A stretch of 64,000 nt of DNA, from contig JBOFUV010000074.1 in the NCBI GenBank assembly GCA_051652765.1, positions 32,182-96,181 of the forward strand. The letters run 5' to 3'. The translations under genes were made by a program, and so were the position numbers. Position 1 is the stretch's first letter. Every line of letters begins with the position of its first letter. This document shows, piece after piece, positions 7,736 through 19,278 of the stretch. This stretch comes from Microcoleaceae cyanobacterium. Lineage in GTDB: Bacteria; Cyanobacteriota; Cyanobacteriia; Cyanobacteriales; Microcoleaceae. Under the pieces are notes generated by a model. The model had not been told where the DNA came from. It ran no database searches and worked only from the letters and a program-made list of their open reading frames with translations.

Positions 7736-9657
7736 CAAATCACCCGATAAACATTCACCGGTTGTTGACGACCTCGAAGCTGCAAACGCCCAACGAACTT
7801 GGTCGGGAACTTGCCATCAAGGTACTGATAAGTGACTTCACTAATGAGAATTCGACAGCACTCGTCGTTAAACTTTTTTTCGTAAGCTTCTAACCGAGAG
7901 GCCACATTAACGCTGTCGCCAATCGTCGTGTAGTTTAACCGTTGACGACTCCCCAAACTCCCAGCAACAACATCTCCAGTGGCAATGCCAATCCGCATTC
8001 CGGTAGTCGGGAGCCCCTGTTCTTGCCAGTGGTGATTTAACGCTTTTAACTTCTCAACCATGCCACAGGCACAAGCCACCGCCGCGATCGCCTCCTGGGC
8101 GACCTCTTCTGGACTAATACTCGGAATAGGAACCCCAAAAACGGCCATAATCGAATCGCCAATGAACTTATCCACCACGCCATTATTGTCCAGAATCACC
8201 TCAGCCATGGCATCCATGTAGTCGTTTAGCCAAGACATTAGAGTTTCCGCATCGGTTCGTTCGGCGATTTGAGTGAATCCTTGAAGGTCACTAAAAAGAA
8301 CGGTTGCCGTCATCTGTTTGCCCACCATCCGTCCCTGGATCAGGAGTTGATCCCGCTCATTCCAAATAATTTCGGCAATTTTTGGAGTGACATTTTTACC
8401 AAATAGGGCCATCATCGTTTCCCGATCTTGCCGTTCAACTCGGGCTACATAGCCCATCACAACAACAGCGGAACCGATCAAGGCTAGAACGGGTGGAATT
8501 AAGGGAATCCACCATCCCCACAGACAAGCAAGGTAAGCTGCAAGGGTCAAGCCACCTCCCAGAAGTACAAATCCAGCGATCACCCAACGTTTGGCTCGCC
8601 AACTCCAGCCGAGAGTTGCGCCAATACCTGACCATAGAACAATCCACCCCCACTCCAACGGCTCAGGCCAAACCTGAATTAAGGGTCTGCCATCAAGGGC
8701 TGCGCTAATGATTTGGCTGGTGGTTTCTGCATGAATCTCAACCCCTGGGGATGCTGAAAAAATAGTCTTGCTGTAGGGCGTAAAAAACAGGTCTTTTAAA
8801 CTGGCTGCGGTTGACCCAATCAGCACAATGCGATCGCTAAAAAAGCCAGGAGGAATATCGTTATTTAAGACTTCGGTCATCGAAATCGTGTCAAAAATCT
8901 TGCAGATCGTGAATTGGGTACGGCAATCTTTCTGCTGGAAATTCATCAGGATTTGGTAGCCGCCAGCATCCACATTCACATAGGCACCATCATTCGGGCC
9001 TAGGGGTCTGAAAACAGCCTGACCTAGCCGGACTGCACGAGTCTCTTCGTCAATCACCTCCAAATCCACCGCCTCAGCTTCAAGATAAATCAGGGCTAAC
9101 TGAGTGGATAGCGTGTAAATCGGAGGTTCGCTTTCGTCGAGTTGAAGGGAGAGCAAGACCCGGCGCAGTTTGCCATCTTCGTCAATTTGAGCATCCACGG
9201 CTCCAACTTGGCCAAGTTGGTTTAGGACAGGAGGAGGAGCAATTGAGGAACCTGTGATATCTTGGACAACTTTCTTGACTCCAATCAAGTTGGGGGTGGA
9301 CTCAAAGACTTGAGCAAGCTGTTCATGACCGGGCGGGACAGGAATATCGCGATAGAGATCGAGACCAATCGCCCTAGGCTGCTGCTGTTTAATATGAGTA
9401 ATGATCTGTGCTAAAGCACCATCAGAAATGGGCCATTGCTGGGCTTTTCTGATATCAGACTCATCAATTTCAACGATCACAATCCGGGAATCAGAAGGCT
9501 CTGAAGGTCGCCAACGTAGAAACTGATCCCAAGCTGCCCACTCCAGAAGTTGAAGAAGACCTGTTAACCGAATCCCAATGACAACACTTGCCACAACTGG
9601 AGCTGTCATCCATGGCCCACGCCACTGCCAAAGCCTTTTCTGAAGGGATCTAAACAT
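7732..9657 (-). CDS. CHASE2-domain class III adenylate/guanylate cyclase
   Basis: CHASE2 ([26 protein letters not shown]), three TM helices, [36 protein letters not shown]. Confidence 0.95.
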   Translation of the reverse strand: MFRSLQKRLWQWRGPWMTAPVVASVVIGIRLTGLLQLLEWAAWDQFLRWRPSEPSDSRIVIVEIDESDIRKAQQWPISDGALAQIITHIKQQQPRAIGLDLYRDIPVPPGHEQLAQVFESTPNLIGVKKVVQDITGSSIAPPPVLNQLGQVGAVDAQIDEDGKLRRVLLSLQLDESEPPIYTLSTQLALIYLEAEAVDLEVIDEETRAVRLGQAVFRPLGPNDGAYVNVDAGGYQILMNFQQKDCRTQFTICKIFDTISMTEVLNNDIPPGFFSDRIVLIGSTAASLKDLFFTPYSKTIFSASPGVEIHAETTSQIISAALDGRPLIQVWPEPLEWGWIVLWSGIGATLGWSWRAKRWVIAGFVLLGGGLTLAAYLACLWGWWIPLIPPVLALIGSAVVVMGYVARVERQDRETMMALFGKNVTPKIAEIIWNERDQLLIQGRMVGKQMTATVLFSDLQGFTQIAERTDAETLMSWLNDYMDAMAEVILDNNGVVDKFIGDSIMAVFGVPIPSISPEEVAQEAIAAVACACGMVEKLKALNHHWQEQGLPTTGMRIGIATGDVVAGSLGSRQRLNYTTIGDSVNVASRLEAYEKKFNDECCRILISEVTYQYLDGKFPTKFVGRLQLRGRQQPVNVYRVIC

Positions 9658-9814
9658 CCAAACTCATTTAAAAATTGAAAATCAAGAATGGCCATGGGGG
9701 TCATTCAGAATCGGTGATTCAGCAAGAGTCATGCACTAGAGATGATTCAGAATTTGATCTGAAAGGCACAGGGTTAATTCACTATTTTGTATTCTAGCTG
9801 CTGAACTTTCCGAT

Positions 9815-10693
9815 CTAACGCTGACCTGTTCCTTGATTACGAGCCGAACAACATGAAATCAGGGGTTCTTCAGAAATTTCTGAGAGTTGGACGAGATTGG
9901 AGCTAAGCTCAGTGACCCATTTTGTTTTGAGGCTTGAATCCCTAGGACGAGACTGCCTCAAGGCTGCCAATGCATTAATCATGTCGTACCAAATGCCTGC
10001 CTTGCCATACAGGAACACCTGTTGTAACGCAGTTGCCGTTTGTAGCTGCTGGGTCAATTCTGGCTGTTCAACGCGCTGAATCACTCCAGAGACAAAGGGT
10101 GCTCCCGCACTCCCCGTTGGATCTTCTGCCTCGCTGCAATTGAGGGTAAAGTACCAACGATAAGAGGTATTTGTCTTTAGAGTAACCTGTTGCCGAGGAA
10201 GCTCGACACTGATAAAGCCAGATTGGGATGGTAAGGAAATTTGTGCTGTGTAAACGGTTGTTGTTTTTGCCTGCGGGTTTCTGGAGCTTGAAGACTCCTC
10301 TTCTAAATAAAACTCAGCCGTTTTGGCCAGGGTTTCAGGGAGATAAATTAAAACAGTTGGATTTTTTGAGAGGGTTAGCCCCAAGTTATTGTTGGAATCA
10401 GCCGGATTAACTGGCACTAAAGCTGTTAGAGGCTTTTGGGAGTTGTCCCGGTTCCGGTCAGAAGTGAAACAATTTCCACGAGTTCCTGCCCCTAGACTTT
10501 GCCGAGGGGCTCCCCGCCCCTTCGGAGGACTGAAAGCAGCAGGCATTTGAAAAATCTCACCCTTGACTTGCTGTTGGCTTGGGGATTGAGCGGCAACAGG
10601 ATTTGGTACAGCGGTGAACGTGGAACACAAAATGATGGATAGGATCGAGAGCGATCGCCTGAACTCGTGTTGAAATCTTGAATGAGAGCGCAT
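9815..10693 (-). CDS. DUF928 exported protein
   Basis: Signal peptide; GAGTRG, LTALVP, PTVLIYLP, YRWYF, GIWYDMI. Confidence 0.88.
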   Translation of the reverse strand: MRSHSRFQHEFRRSLSILSIILCSTFTAVPNPVAAQSPSQQQVKGEIFQMPAAFSPPKGRGAPRQSLGAGTRGNCFTSDRNRDNSQKPLTALVPVNPADSNNNLGLTLSKNPTVLIYLPETLAKTAEFYLEEESSSSRNPQAKTTTVYTAQISLPSQSGFISVELPRQQVTLKTNTSYRWYFTLNCSEAEDPTGSAGAPFVSGVIQRVEQPELTQQLQTATALQQVFLYGKAGIWYDMINALAALRQSRPRDSSLKTKWVTELSSNLVQLSEISEEPLISCCSARNQGTGQR

Positions 10694-10874
10694 CAGTGAT
10701 TGTTCTCCCCAAATGAAGTTTAATAAGTGCTCTAATCTGTAATGCTCAAATCTATCTTACTCAAGGGTTGGCTAGGTTGAATTGAGGAGCCTAACAAGGT
10801 TGTCTCCACCGAATCTACGCCTTTATCTGACTATCCCTACACCAACTCTCAAAAAATCATGAAGCAATGCAACC

Positions 10875-10902
10875 AAACCTGTAGCCTTAAACCTGTAGCC
10901 TT
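10875..10902. repeat. 14-bp tandem repeat AAACCTGTAGCCTT x2
   Basis: Direct reading. Confidence 0.75.
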
Positions 10903-11199
10903 AAAGTTGTGACCCTAAAACGATGACTGATGACTCAACCCTTGTGACCCTGGAGAGCAAAAATTGCTCTAGCAATCTGATTGAAGCGTGAACGTGGAAT
11001 GGGTATACTACCCGTGTAGGCTTGCAGTCTATTCCCTACCTTAATATTAGACCTTCTCCCTAAAGTAGGTATGCAACATCCAATGCAAATTGAACAGAGA
11101 TAGGAATTTTTGTATTCATTTGCGGGGGCTAATCAGACAGGATAATTGCTACGGTTTAAGATTTAACTAAACATCCAACTAAACACTCAGTTAAACCTC

Positions 11200-11243
11200 A
11201 GTTTGAATATTAGTTTGAATACTAGTTTGAATATTAGTTTGAA
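11200..11243. repeat. 12-bp tandem repeat AGTTTGAATA(T/C)T x3.7, overlapping a stop codon
   Basis: Direct reading. Confidence 0.85.
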
Positions 11244-13048
11244 GAATGAGTCTCGTTTAGGGTTTTGAGCCAATCTCTTACCCCCTCGATTGGTAAAGGA
11301 CGAGAGAATAAATAACCCTGTGCCATGTCACAGTCTAGGGATTGAAGATGATCTAGCTGGGCTTGGGTTTCTACTCCTTCGGCAATGGTTTTCATCCCTA
11401 AGGTTTGGGCAAGGGCAATAATCGCTTGAGCAATCCCTTGATGTTCCACCGTTTCAGCTAATCCTGTCACAAAAGACCGATCAATTTTTAAGATGTTCAA
11501 GGGGAATCGGTTCAAATAAGCTAGAGAAGAATAGCCTGTCCCAAAATCATCAATACTGAGCTGAATATTTAGGGCTCTGAGTTGTCTGAGACGGTGAATC
11601 ACCTGTTCTGGATGTTCCATCACCGCACTCTCAGTAATTTCCAACTTAAGACAATGAGGATTCAGTTGAGTTTCATGCAAAATCTGCTCAATTTGTGTAA
11701 CTAAATCAGATAAATTGAGCTGTTTTGCCGACAGGTTAACGCTAATCGTGACAGCAGTTGGCAGCAGACTTTCCGTTTGCCAGGTCAACAGTTGGCGGCA
11801 AGCGGTTCGTAATACCCAAAACCCAATTGGAACAATCAGCCCTGTGTCTTCGGCAATCGGAATAAATTGCCCCGGTGAAACCAATCCTCGGCTTGGATGC
11901 CGCCACCGAACCAACGCTTCAAATCCCGCAAGTTTTCCGGTTTTCAGGACAATGATCGGTTGGTAATGAACCATAAATTCATCTTGGTCTATGGCTCGTC
12001 GCAAATCCTGTTCAGTCTGCAACGTGGCTAGCGCTTGCTGGTGCATTTTGGGGTCAAACACCTGATAATTCACTGTGCCCGATGCCTTGGCTTTGTACAT
12101 AGCAGTATCAGCATCCCTCAGAATCTCTTCCGATCGCTGATATCCCTCCCCCAGGCAAATGCCAATGCTGAAATTAATGAAAATCTCATGGTCATCCAGA
12201 TGAAAAGGTTCTTGTAAGGCTACTCGAATTTGTTCTGCCATTTGGATTGCAGTGTCTACGCCGTCAATGGCAGTCATTAACAACGTAAATTCATCTCCCC
12301 CAATCCGAGCCAAAGTATCTTCTGGACGACAACAAGATTGCAACCGATGAGCAGCACACACTAAAAGTTTGTCTCCGAACAAATGCCCCAGGGAATCATT
12401 GACAATTTTGAAGCGATCGCCATCCAAGAACAACACAGCAAACTGATAACTAGGCTCAGTTGTTTGACGACAGATTGCAGCTTCCATTTTTTGGAGTAAA
12501 AGAGTGCGGTTTGGTAAGTTGGTGAGGGGATCATGAAATGCCATATGCAACAGCTTCTCTTGAGCACTCTGAAGCTGAGCTGTTCGTTGCATCACTCGTT
12601 GCTCGAGTTCCAAATTTAAAGTTTGAACTTCAAGTTTTGCGGCGCGAATCTCAAGCTGATGCCGCGCCCGTGCCAGTACCTCTTCAACTTGAAATGGTTT
12701 TGTAATGTAGTCTGCCCCTCCAATGGTGAACGCTTTCACCTTATCTAATACATCATTTAAGGCACTAATAAATAGAATGGGAATATCTTGTGTTTTCTCA
12801 TTAGACTTGAGGACTTGACACACTTGATAACCATCTAATTCCGGCATCATAATATCTAGTAAAATCAGATCAGGAGGATCGATGGCAATCGCATTCAGCG
12901 CTAGTTGACCATTCAAAACTTTCCGAACTTTATACCCTTGTTGAGTCAGGATTTCTGACAACAGCTTGAGGTTCTCAGGGGTATCATCAACGATTAAAAT
13001 ATCTGTCCGGGTCTGAAAATTAGGATTATTTTGATCGGTCGAAGTCAT
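11234..13048 (-). CDS. Response regulator with GGDEF and EAL domains
   Basis: REC (ILIVDD, DLILLDIMMP), GGDEF, EALVRW, DDFGTGYSSL. Confidence 0.95.
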   Translation of the reverse strand: MTSTDQNNPNFQTRTDILIVDDTPENLKLLSEILTQQGYKVRKVLNGQLALNAIAIDPPDLILLDIMMPELDGYQVCQVLKSNEKTQDIPILFISALNDVLDKVKAFTIGGADYITKPFQVEEVLARARHQLEIRAAKLEVQTLNLELEQRVMQRTAQLQSAQEKLLHMAFHDPLTNLPNRTLLLQKMEAAICRQTTEPSYQFAVLFLDGDRFKIVNDSLGHLFGDKLLVCAAHRLQSCCRPEDTLARIGGDEFTLLMTAIDGVDTAIQMAEQIRVALQEPFHLDDHEIFINFSIGICLGEGYQRSEEILRDADTAMYKAKASGTVNYQVFDPKMHQQALATLQTEQDLRRAIDQDEFMVHYQPIIVLKTGKLAGFEALVRWRHPSRGLVSPGQFIPIAEDTGLIVPIGFWVLRTACRQLLTWQTESLLPTAVTISVNLSAKQLNLSDLVTQIEQILHETQLNPHCLKLEITESAVMEHPEQVIHRLRQLRALNIQLSIDDFGTGYSSLAYLNRFPLNILKIDRSFVTGLAETVEHQGIAQAIIALAQTLGMKTIAEGVETQAQLDHLQSLDCDMAQGYLFSRPLPIEGVRDWLKTLNETHSSN

Positions 13049-13080
13049 AGGTTAGCCTCGGGATTGAAGGGCAAAATTCA

Positions 13081-14376
13081 CTAATTATTGGGAACTAGAA
13101 CAATTAATCCTTGAGGAATACTCTCAAATTTAACCGGAGTTGTTCCAAAAATTTCCCCATCCAGTGTAATTTTCTGGGGGGGATCGGTGATAACTTGTAA
13201 GCGTCGAGTTCTAAAGTGATAAACATCGGGCAAATTTGGATCGACCCTAATCAGAGCCGCCCCCAACATATTAATCATGGTGGCAACAGCCCGCAGCTTG
13301 GGGCCGAGCAGTGCTTGTCCTGTGTCTGGAATCGTCGCAACCGTAACATCCAGCAAACCATCGTCAGGAATGACCTGGCCTTTGCCTTGGGCCAACACTG
13401 ACGTAGCTGGAGCCGCATTCGCAACTGTAATCGCGACTGATTGGAACTGATAGGTATTGTCATCGACTTGAATTTCAGTTTCAAATTGGCCTTGTTCTCG
13501 CATCTGTTGCCATCCGGCAATCAGGTAAGCTAGGGGGCCCCACTGATCCTTCAATTCTCGACTGGCTTTTTCTACGGTTTCAGCTTCATAGCCAATCCCG
13601 GCTAACAAAATCATTGCTCGGCCATTGCACCGGGCTGCATCTATGACTCGCTTTCGACCCGTGAGAATGACTTGACAGGCATTTCTCAGGGGAGTGACTG
13701 TTGTTGGAATCCCTAAGGCTAGGGCAAAGGCGTTGGCTGTGCCCCTCGGGATCACACCTAAAGCAATTTCTGTACCAATGAGTTCTCCGGCAACGGCAGA
13801 GATTGTCCCATCCCCGCCAGAGGCAATCACCACATCGGGACGCTTCTGCACGGCATCACGAGCCAACGCTTCAGCCGAAAGCTCAGGGGTGGTCAAGTGA
13901 ACTTGTAAGTTGAAGCTGGGTTCCAACATTCTGGCAATCAAGGCTAACTCCTGATCCGGATTGCCCTGTCCCGCTACTGGGTTGAAGATCAAGTAAGCGA
14001 TCGCCGTTTGGCGCAACTTTTCAATCACAGCCTCCGCCGTAGCCAGGTTGATCGCCAGAGGAACGTTATGAACGGCACAAATTCTCTGCAATGCTTGAAT
14101 ATCCGGTTCGTGGGGCTGAGCGTAGAGGGGATCAACCAAGAAAATAACGGCTGAAATCTTGCCTTCAGCTACTAGGGCTGAAATTTGTGCATCGCCCCCG
14201 AGGGGCCCTGACAGCATCTTTTCGACAACTAAACCTGTCCCATCCTGAATCCGTTGGCCCGTGGTTCCAGTCGCAATCAACTGATACCGACCGAGAAACT
14301 CACGATACTTTTGAATCAGGTTAACAATTTCATCTTTTTTGCGATCATGGGCAATGAAAGCAATTGTGGCAGCCAT
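13081..14376 (-). CDS. mgsA: Methylglyoxal synthase fused to diacylglycerol-kinase-like domain
   Basis: IAFIAHD, ATGTTG, SGPLGGDAQI, HEPDI; C-terminal IFNPVAG, SGGDGT, PRGTAN. Confidence 0.92.
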   Translation of the reverse strand: MAATIAFIAHDRKKDEIVNLIQKYREFLGRYQLIATGTTGQRIQDGTGLVVEKMLSGPLGGDAQISALVAEGKISAVIFLVDPLYAQPHEPDIQALQRICAVHNVPLAINLATAEAVIEKLRQTAIAYLIFNPVAGQGNPDQELALIARMLEPSFNLQVHLTTPELSAEALARDAVQKRPDVVIASGGDGTISAVAGELIGTEIALGVIPRGTANAFALALGIPTTVTPLRNACQVILTGRKRVIDAARCNGRAMILLAGIGYEAETVEKASRELKDQWGPLAYLIAGWQQMREQGQFETEIQVDDNTYQFQSVAITVANAAPATSVLAQGKGQVIPDDGLLDVTVATIPDTGQALLGPKLRAVATMINMLGAALIRVDPNLPDVYHFRTRRLQVITDPPQKITLDGEIFGTTPVKFESIPQGLIVLVPNN

Positions 14377-14526
14377 AGGATTTCCTAGAAGTGAGTGAAG
14401 CTTTGGGAGTGTGAGGCGTTCAGGAGCCTCAAATTTTAGGAATGCCTAACCATTTTTCCAGGAAGTTGGTATATTGATTACTAGATCAAGTATTTAGCTA
14501 TTTTATTGAGGAATGGAGAAAAACCT

Positions 14527-15030
14527 ATGGGAATTCTAGCTTTTTTAGGGGGAAGTGCAAGCGCCAACTCAGACTTCAATCTGGAGGGGCATCAAATTGA
14601 TAAATTTGCAGTTCTGGCTCCAACTGACCCAAAGGTTCCGGCTCCTCGGAATCCAGGGCGTTTTACCTCAGTGCGTTCGACTCCTGTGTTAGAAGATCCT
14701 CGGTACTTTACTGGAGAGGAGATGAAAGTGCTGAAAGCTGTCGTCACCGAAAAAAAGCAGCAGCTTAAGTCCACCGCCGCAGGCTACGAAATCTTAAAAC
14801 AGATTGATGATATCGATGCTTCGGTACATGCCACTCATTATAGTTATCGAGAGCATTTGGCGGGTAACGAAGTCAAAAAACTGGGAGCCAATGCCAAATA
14901 CGCCGAAGCTCTACATGGGTTGCGTCCTCGGTATGTTGATTTGGGGACAAAGTTAGATCAAGCGAATCAAAAGGCTCAACTTAAAATTCAAGCGATGAAG
15001 TCTAAACTCCGTTCGGACTTGAATCGCTAG
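14527..15030 (+). CDS. Hypothetical coiled-coil protein
   Basis: ATG at 14527 after GGAG; long helical C-terminus. Confidence 0.7.
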   Translation: MGILAFLGGSASANSDFNLEGHQIDKFAVLAPTDPKVPAPRNPGRFTSVRSTPVLEDPRYFTGEEMKVLKAVVTEKKQQLKSTAAGYEILKQIDDIDASVHATHYSYREHLAGNEVKKLGANAKYAEALHGLRPRYVDLGTKLDQANQKAQLKIQAMKSKLRSDLNR

Positions 15031-15044
15031 GTTCCTGAAATGGT

Positions 15045-15608
15045 ATGAATTCTCCCCCCGATCGGTCTACCTCTAAGTCTGAATCCAAGTCTCAACCCAA
15101 ACCCAAATCGAAGTTTCACTCTAAGCCACAGTCTCAGCAGGTTGGATGGCTCGGGGAGGAGTTTGTTGCCCATTGGCTCAAAATTCAGGGGTGGCACATT
15201 CTTCACCATCAGTACTATTGTCGTTGGGGAGAAATTGATCTGATTGCAATTCCGTCTGAGGAAAAGCTAGACGTTTTTTCGGCTCAAAGTCCTGTGCTCA
15301 TTTTTGTTGAGGTTAAAACTCGGAGTCGGGGGAATTGGGACGCTGATGGGATGCTAGCTATTACACCCGCCAAGCAGGCAAAATTAATTCAATCTGCCCA
15401 ACTTTTTCTGAGCCAATCTCCAAGGCTGGCAGAACTTCCCTGTCGTTTTGATGTGGCGTTGGTGGGATGCCGTCACCTGAGAACGTCTCCTTCTGAACTG
15501 GATTGCCCATTCAACTTTCCCCTGAACGTTCAGATTGGACAAGGGGTTGAAGCTGCAGGCTATCAGCTAACCTTGCAACATTATCTGGAATCTGCCTTTG
15601 AGACATAG
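15045..15608 (+). CDS. YraN-family endonuclease-like protein
   Basis: GWLGEE, CRWGEIDLIA, FVEVKTR, CRFDV. Confidence 0.9.
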   Translation: MNSPPDRSTSKSESKSQPKPKSKFHSKPQSQQVGWLGEEFVAHWLKIQGWHILHHQYYCRWGEIDLIAIPSEEKLDVFSAQSPVLIFVEVKTRSRGNWDADGMLAITPAKQAKLIQSAQLFLSQSPRLAELPCRFDVALVGCRHLRTSPSELDCPFNFPLNVQIGQGVEAAGYQLTLQHYLESAFET

Positions 15609-15685
15609 GTTTAAATATGAAATCTCCTGCAGCATCTCTAGTTGCTACTGTCCTCCTTGGCAAAGGAGACTATGTTTAGTTAACC

Positions 15686-16747
15686 CTAAGGATAAAAATT
15701 CATTTTGGGTAACCCCAAGGTTTCGTCCCAACCCATCATTAAATTGAGACATTGTACGGCTTGCCCTGACTGACCTTTAATTAAGTTGTCAATGGTGGAG
15801 ATGACAATCACCCGCCCCGTTCTTTGGTCTACCTCAATTCCCAGATAACAACAGTTAGTCCCGCAAACCCACTTGGTTTGCGGGAAGGTTCCGCTAGAGA
15901 GGATTTTGACCCAGGGAGAATTGCGGTAAAACGCCCGGTAGATCGTGATTAAGTCTTCCCGGACTAACCCTGGATCTCGCAACGTGGCATAAACGGTGGC
16001 CAGAATTCCTCGAACCATGGGAATCAAGTGAGGAGTAAATTGGATGCGGATTTCATGGCCTGCGAGGTCGCTACAAATTTGTTCAATTTCTGGGGTATGT
16101 CGATGGTGCCCGCCGATACCGTAGGTGGACAAAGAACTGTCTGCTTCAGCATGGAGTAAATGGGTCTTCCCTTGGCGACCCCCACCAGAGGTTCCTGATT
16201 TGGCATCTATAATTGCACTGTTCGGCACAACTAGCCCTTGCTTCAATAAGGGAGATAGCCCTAACAAACTTGCCGTGACATAACATCCCGGACATCCAAT
16301 TAAACTAGCTTGGGCAATGCGATCGCGATAGAGTTCGGGCAGGCCGTAGACGGCTGTTGCGACTGTTTCCTGATCGGTTCGCTCAGTGCCGTACCAATTT
16401 TGATAAACCTGTAAATCAGCAAAGCGATAATCTGCCGAAAGATCTAAAACCTTACATCCCCGCGCCAACAGTTCAGGAACCATCTTCCAGGCTAGACCGT
16501 TGGGCAGGGAGAGAAATACAGCGCGACAACGCTGGGCAATCTGGTCTAAATCGATGGGTTCAATCGTTAAGTCAACAAACGGCTCTAGATGGGGATACAA
16601 ACTCGAATAGGGTTTCCCAGCACTACTATCGCCCCCTAAATAGACAATTTCCACCTCTGGATGATCCTGCAACAATCTCACCAGTTGCACTCCTCCGTAG
16701 CCGGAAGCCCCAATAATTCCTACAGGTAGACGTTCAGCATTGGTCAT
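15686..16747 (-). CDS. argC: N-acetyl-gamma-glutamyl-phosphate reductase
   Basis: [40 protein letters not shown]. Confidence 0.97.
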   Translation of the reverse strand: MTNAERLPVGIIGASGYGGVQLVRLLQDHPEVEIVYLGGDSSAGKPYSSLYPHLEPFVDLTIEPIDLDQIAQRCRAVFLSLPNGLAWKMVPELLARGCKVLDLSADYRFADLQVYQNWYGTERTDQETVATAVYGLPELYRDRIAQASLIGCPGCYVTASLLGLSPLLKQGLVVPNSAIIDAKSGTSGGGRQGKTHLLHAEADSSLSTYGIGGHHRHTPEIEQICSDLAGHEIRIQFTPHLIPMVRGILATVYATLRDPGLVREDLITIYRAFYRNSPWVKILSSGTFPQTKWVCGTNCCYLGIEVDQRTGRVIVISTIDNLIKGQSGQAVQCLNLMMGWDETLGLPKMNFYP

Positions 16748-16872
16748 GTTGCATGACTCCTTTGGAGCTTGAAAATATAAACACTTGATCTTTGCTGCAT
16801 TTTAGTATCAAACCTTGGCATCGGGTAGTCGTGGTTGGGTAGTAATTCTAAATTCGGACTCTGAATTTGCAG

Positions 16873-18114
16873 TTAGAGCAAGAGTCCCATTTCCACTAAC
16901 CCTTGATGGAGCTGCTGAGCGGCGGTGGGATTCCTCACCTTGTAAAGCGCGATCGCAGTTTGAAAAGGGGCTAGGCTGGCCTGGATCTGGCCCAGTTGCA
17001 GCAAAACGACTCCTAAATTTTGGTAAGCTTCCGCATAGTCAGGATCAAGCTGAATGGCAGTCTCATAAGCCGCGATCGCCTCACTGTATTGTCCCATAGC
17101 CCGTAGTGTCATGCCGAGATTGTAGTAACCCATTGCAAAACTGGGGTCAATGCTCAGCATTTGTTCATACAGGGTTTTTGCCTCTGGAAGATCCCCTGCT
17201 TCTTTGTACAAACTCCCCAGGTTGTTGTAAGCGCCCAGTTTGAGCCGAGGTAAAATGTCCAGGTTGGTGGCGGCTTGGTAATGGGTTTTTGCCAGGGCTA
17301 CCTGGTGCTGTTTGCGGTATGCAATCCCCAAATGATAGTGGAGTTCATACAGAATGCTGTGATCTTGAGGTCTAGTTTTGTCAGAAGGATTGGGAGTCAG
17401 TTGATTGAGCCCCCGTTCAAGCAGATGGATGCCAGTCACAATTTCCCCAATTTCGACATAGAGGGCTCCCAACTTGCTCGCCACATAAGGATCATGGGGA
17501 TACTGTCTGTAATACGCTTCCATCGCCTGTTTTGCAGTTTGCAACTTGTTGCGCTGGGCGATCGCCTGGGTCTGATAGCCATAGTGGAAAATAGCAACCT
17601 CTGGGAGAGCGGTCACTTTCCACCCCGGTTCCTCAGCCAGAAGTTGAATCACGCTATCGTCAATTAAGGCATGGTAAGGCCGAGAGAACTGCAGATTGGG
17701 ATGTCGTCTAAACAGGCGAGACACCAAAGAATAGGGAGATTGAGTTGCGCCAATTTCTTGTCTGACTAGATTGACCACCAAGCAGTTCTCTAATGCTGTT
17801 AACTGGTTAACTGTTGGGATGATTTCAGGAGCCAATCGTTCATCGGCATCAAGCACTAAGACCCAATCCTGGGTGGCATAGCTCAAGGCTACATTGCGAG
17901 CAACGGCAAAATCATGACACCAAGTAAACTCATAAACATTTGATCCAAGCTCCCGAGCAATTTGTATCGTTCTATCAGTAGAGCCTGTATCCAGAACAAC
18001 TATTTCATCAACCAACGGCTTGACACTCTCCAAACATTGCAGCAAGTTGCTCTCTTCATTTTTGACAATCATGCACAAACCGATGCTCATGATCAATAGA
18101 TTTGTCTCACTCAA
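16873..18114 (-). CDS. GT2 glycosyltransferase with TPR repeats
   Basis: LCMIVKNEE, DTGSTD, LDADE; C-terminal TPRs; true start probably slightly downstream (MSIGLC). Confidence 0.92.
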   Translation of the reverse strand: MSETNLLIMSIGLCMIVKNEESNLLQCLESVKPLVDEIVVLDTGSTDRTIQIARELGSNVYEFTWCHDFAVARNVALSYATQDWVLVLDADERLAPEIIPTVNQLTALENCLVVNLVRQEIGATQSPYSLVSRLFRRHPNLQFSRPYHALIDDSVIQLLAEEPGWKVTALPEVAIFHYGYQTQAIAQRNKLQTAKQAMEAYYRQYPHDPYVASKLGALYVEIGEIVTGIHLLERGLNQLTPNPSDKTRPQDHSILYELHYHLGIAYRKQHQVALAKTHYQAATNLDILPRLKLGAYNNLGSLYKEAGDLPEAKTLYEQMLSIDPSFAMGYYNLGMTLRAMGQYSEAIAAYETAIQLDPDYAEAYQNLGVVLLQLGQIQASLAPFQTAIALYKVRNPTAAQQLHQGLVEMGLLL

Positions 18115-18323
18115 GCTTATACTCTCAAACTATAACAATCAGTACTGATTGTTAACATATCTGGGGTACAAGCTTCTAGCCTATGCAGAAAGATGCCTGC
18201 ACTACGTTGACACTTAAACCGGATCTATAACACTCTCAAAGGCTTGTTGAGTTTCATAAGTAACACCCATTGTTTACATCTCGTCTCAGGATTTACTCAG
18301 TTGTTGATAGCTTTTGACAGCGT

Positions 18324-18971
18324 CTATTCTGGCAAAATCATGACTTTGTCAATGACATGAATAATGCCATTGCTCGCAGCAATATCAGTATCAATCACTT
18401 TTGCGCCGCCAATAGTGACAGCCTCAGACCCAACATTAACGTTTGCTAGCTTTCCTGCCGCCGTCTTGACCTCTCCAGAAGCCAAATCTCCGGAGGAGAC
18501 TTTGCCCGGAACGACATGGTACTGCAAAAGTTTGGCAAGCTGATCTTGATTTTCCGGTTGCAACAGCTTCTCCAACGCCCCATCAGGCAGCGCATTAAAT
18601 GCTTCGTCGGTTGGGGCAAATAGGGTAAAAGGGCCATCCTTTTTCAAGGTATCCAATAGCCCTGACGCTTTCAACGCGGTCGCTAAAATTTTGAACCGAC
18701 CATCAGCAAGGACAACTCCAACAATGTCACCCGCCCCGGCTGGGAGCAAATCAGTTGGAAGTTGAGTGATTTCTAGAGCAACCTGTTGGTCTAGAGAGGA
18801 ACTCATCACCGAATTTGGCATAGAACTAGATTGCACTTGAGTCGTAGCAACAGTCAAAGAACTGATAACCGTGATCCCAACGATGCTAGCAAGCTTCCCT
18901 GATTGATTTAAGACTTGTTTAAGAGTCATGATTAAAGTTCCAATACGTAAAGTCAAAGTGGACAACGCCAT
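18324..18971 (-). CDS. Fasciclin (FAS1) domain exported protein
   Basis: GPFTLFAPTDEAF, LLQYHVV, NGIIHVIDKV. Confidence 0.92.
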   Translation of the reverse strand: MALSTLTLRIGTLIMTLKQVLNQSGKLASIVGITVISSLTVATTQVQSSSMPNSVMSSSLDQQVALEITQLPTDLLPAGAGDIVGVVLADGRFKILATALKASGLLDTLKKDGPFTLFAPTDEAFNALPDGALEKLLQPENQDQLAKLLQYHVVPGKVSSGDLASGEVKTAAGKLANVNVGSEAVTIGGAKVIDTDIAASNGIIHVIDKVMILPE

Positions 18972-19168
18972 AACATGGTAACAAACGTAGAGACTATTCA
19001 GCTATCAGCCTTTTGGCAGAGTTGTTTCTGTGGGTTAGGCATCCTGCCTGACTTAGATAGCCGTCCCGGCTATCCTATAGATTCAATCCATCAATCTAGG
19101 CAGCAGACAGGGTTCCCTTTTAGATATTCCGTCACCTCTTTGACCCCTGCTGCCATAGCTTTAGTGCT

Positions 19169-19199
19169 AAAAAAACTCCCAGATATGAACCTGGGAGTC
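19169..19199 (-). terminator. Rho-independent terminator after pilO
   Basis: Minus strand GACTCCCAG-GTTCATAT-CTGGGAGT followed by a T-run. Confidence 0.7.
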
Positions 19200-19278
19200 A
19201 ACGAAGTTTCAAACCACGTCGCCTTAATTAACATTGCCCAACTAGACCCTTGAGAACAAGGCAAATAACTAAAACAAT

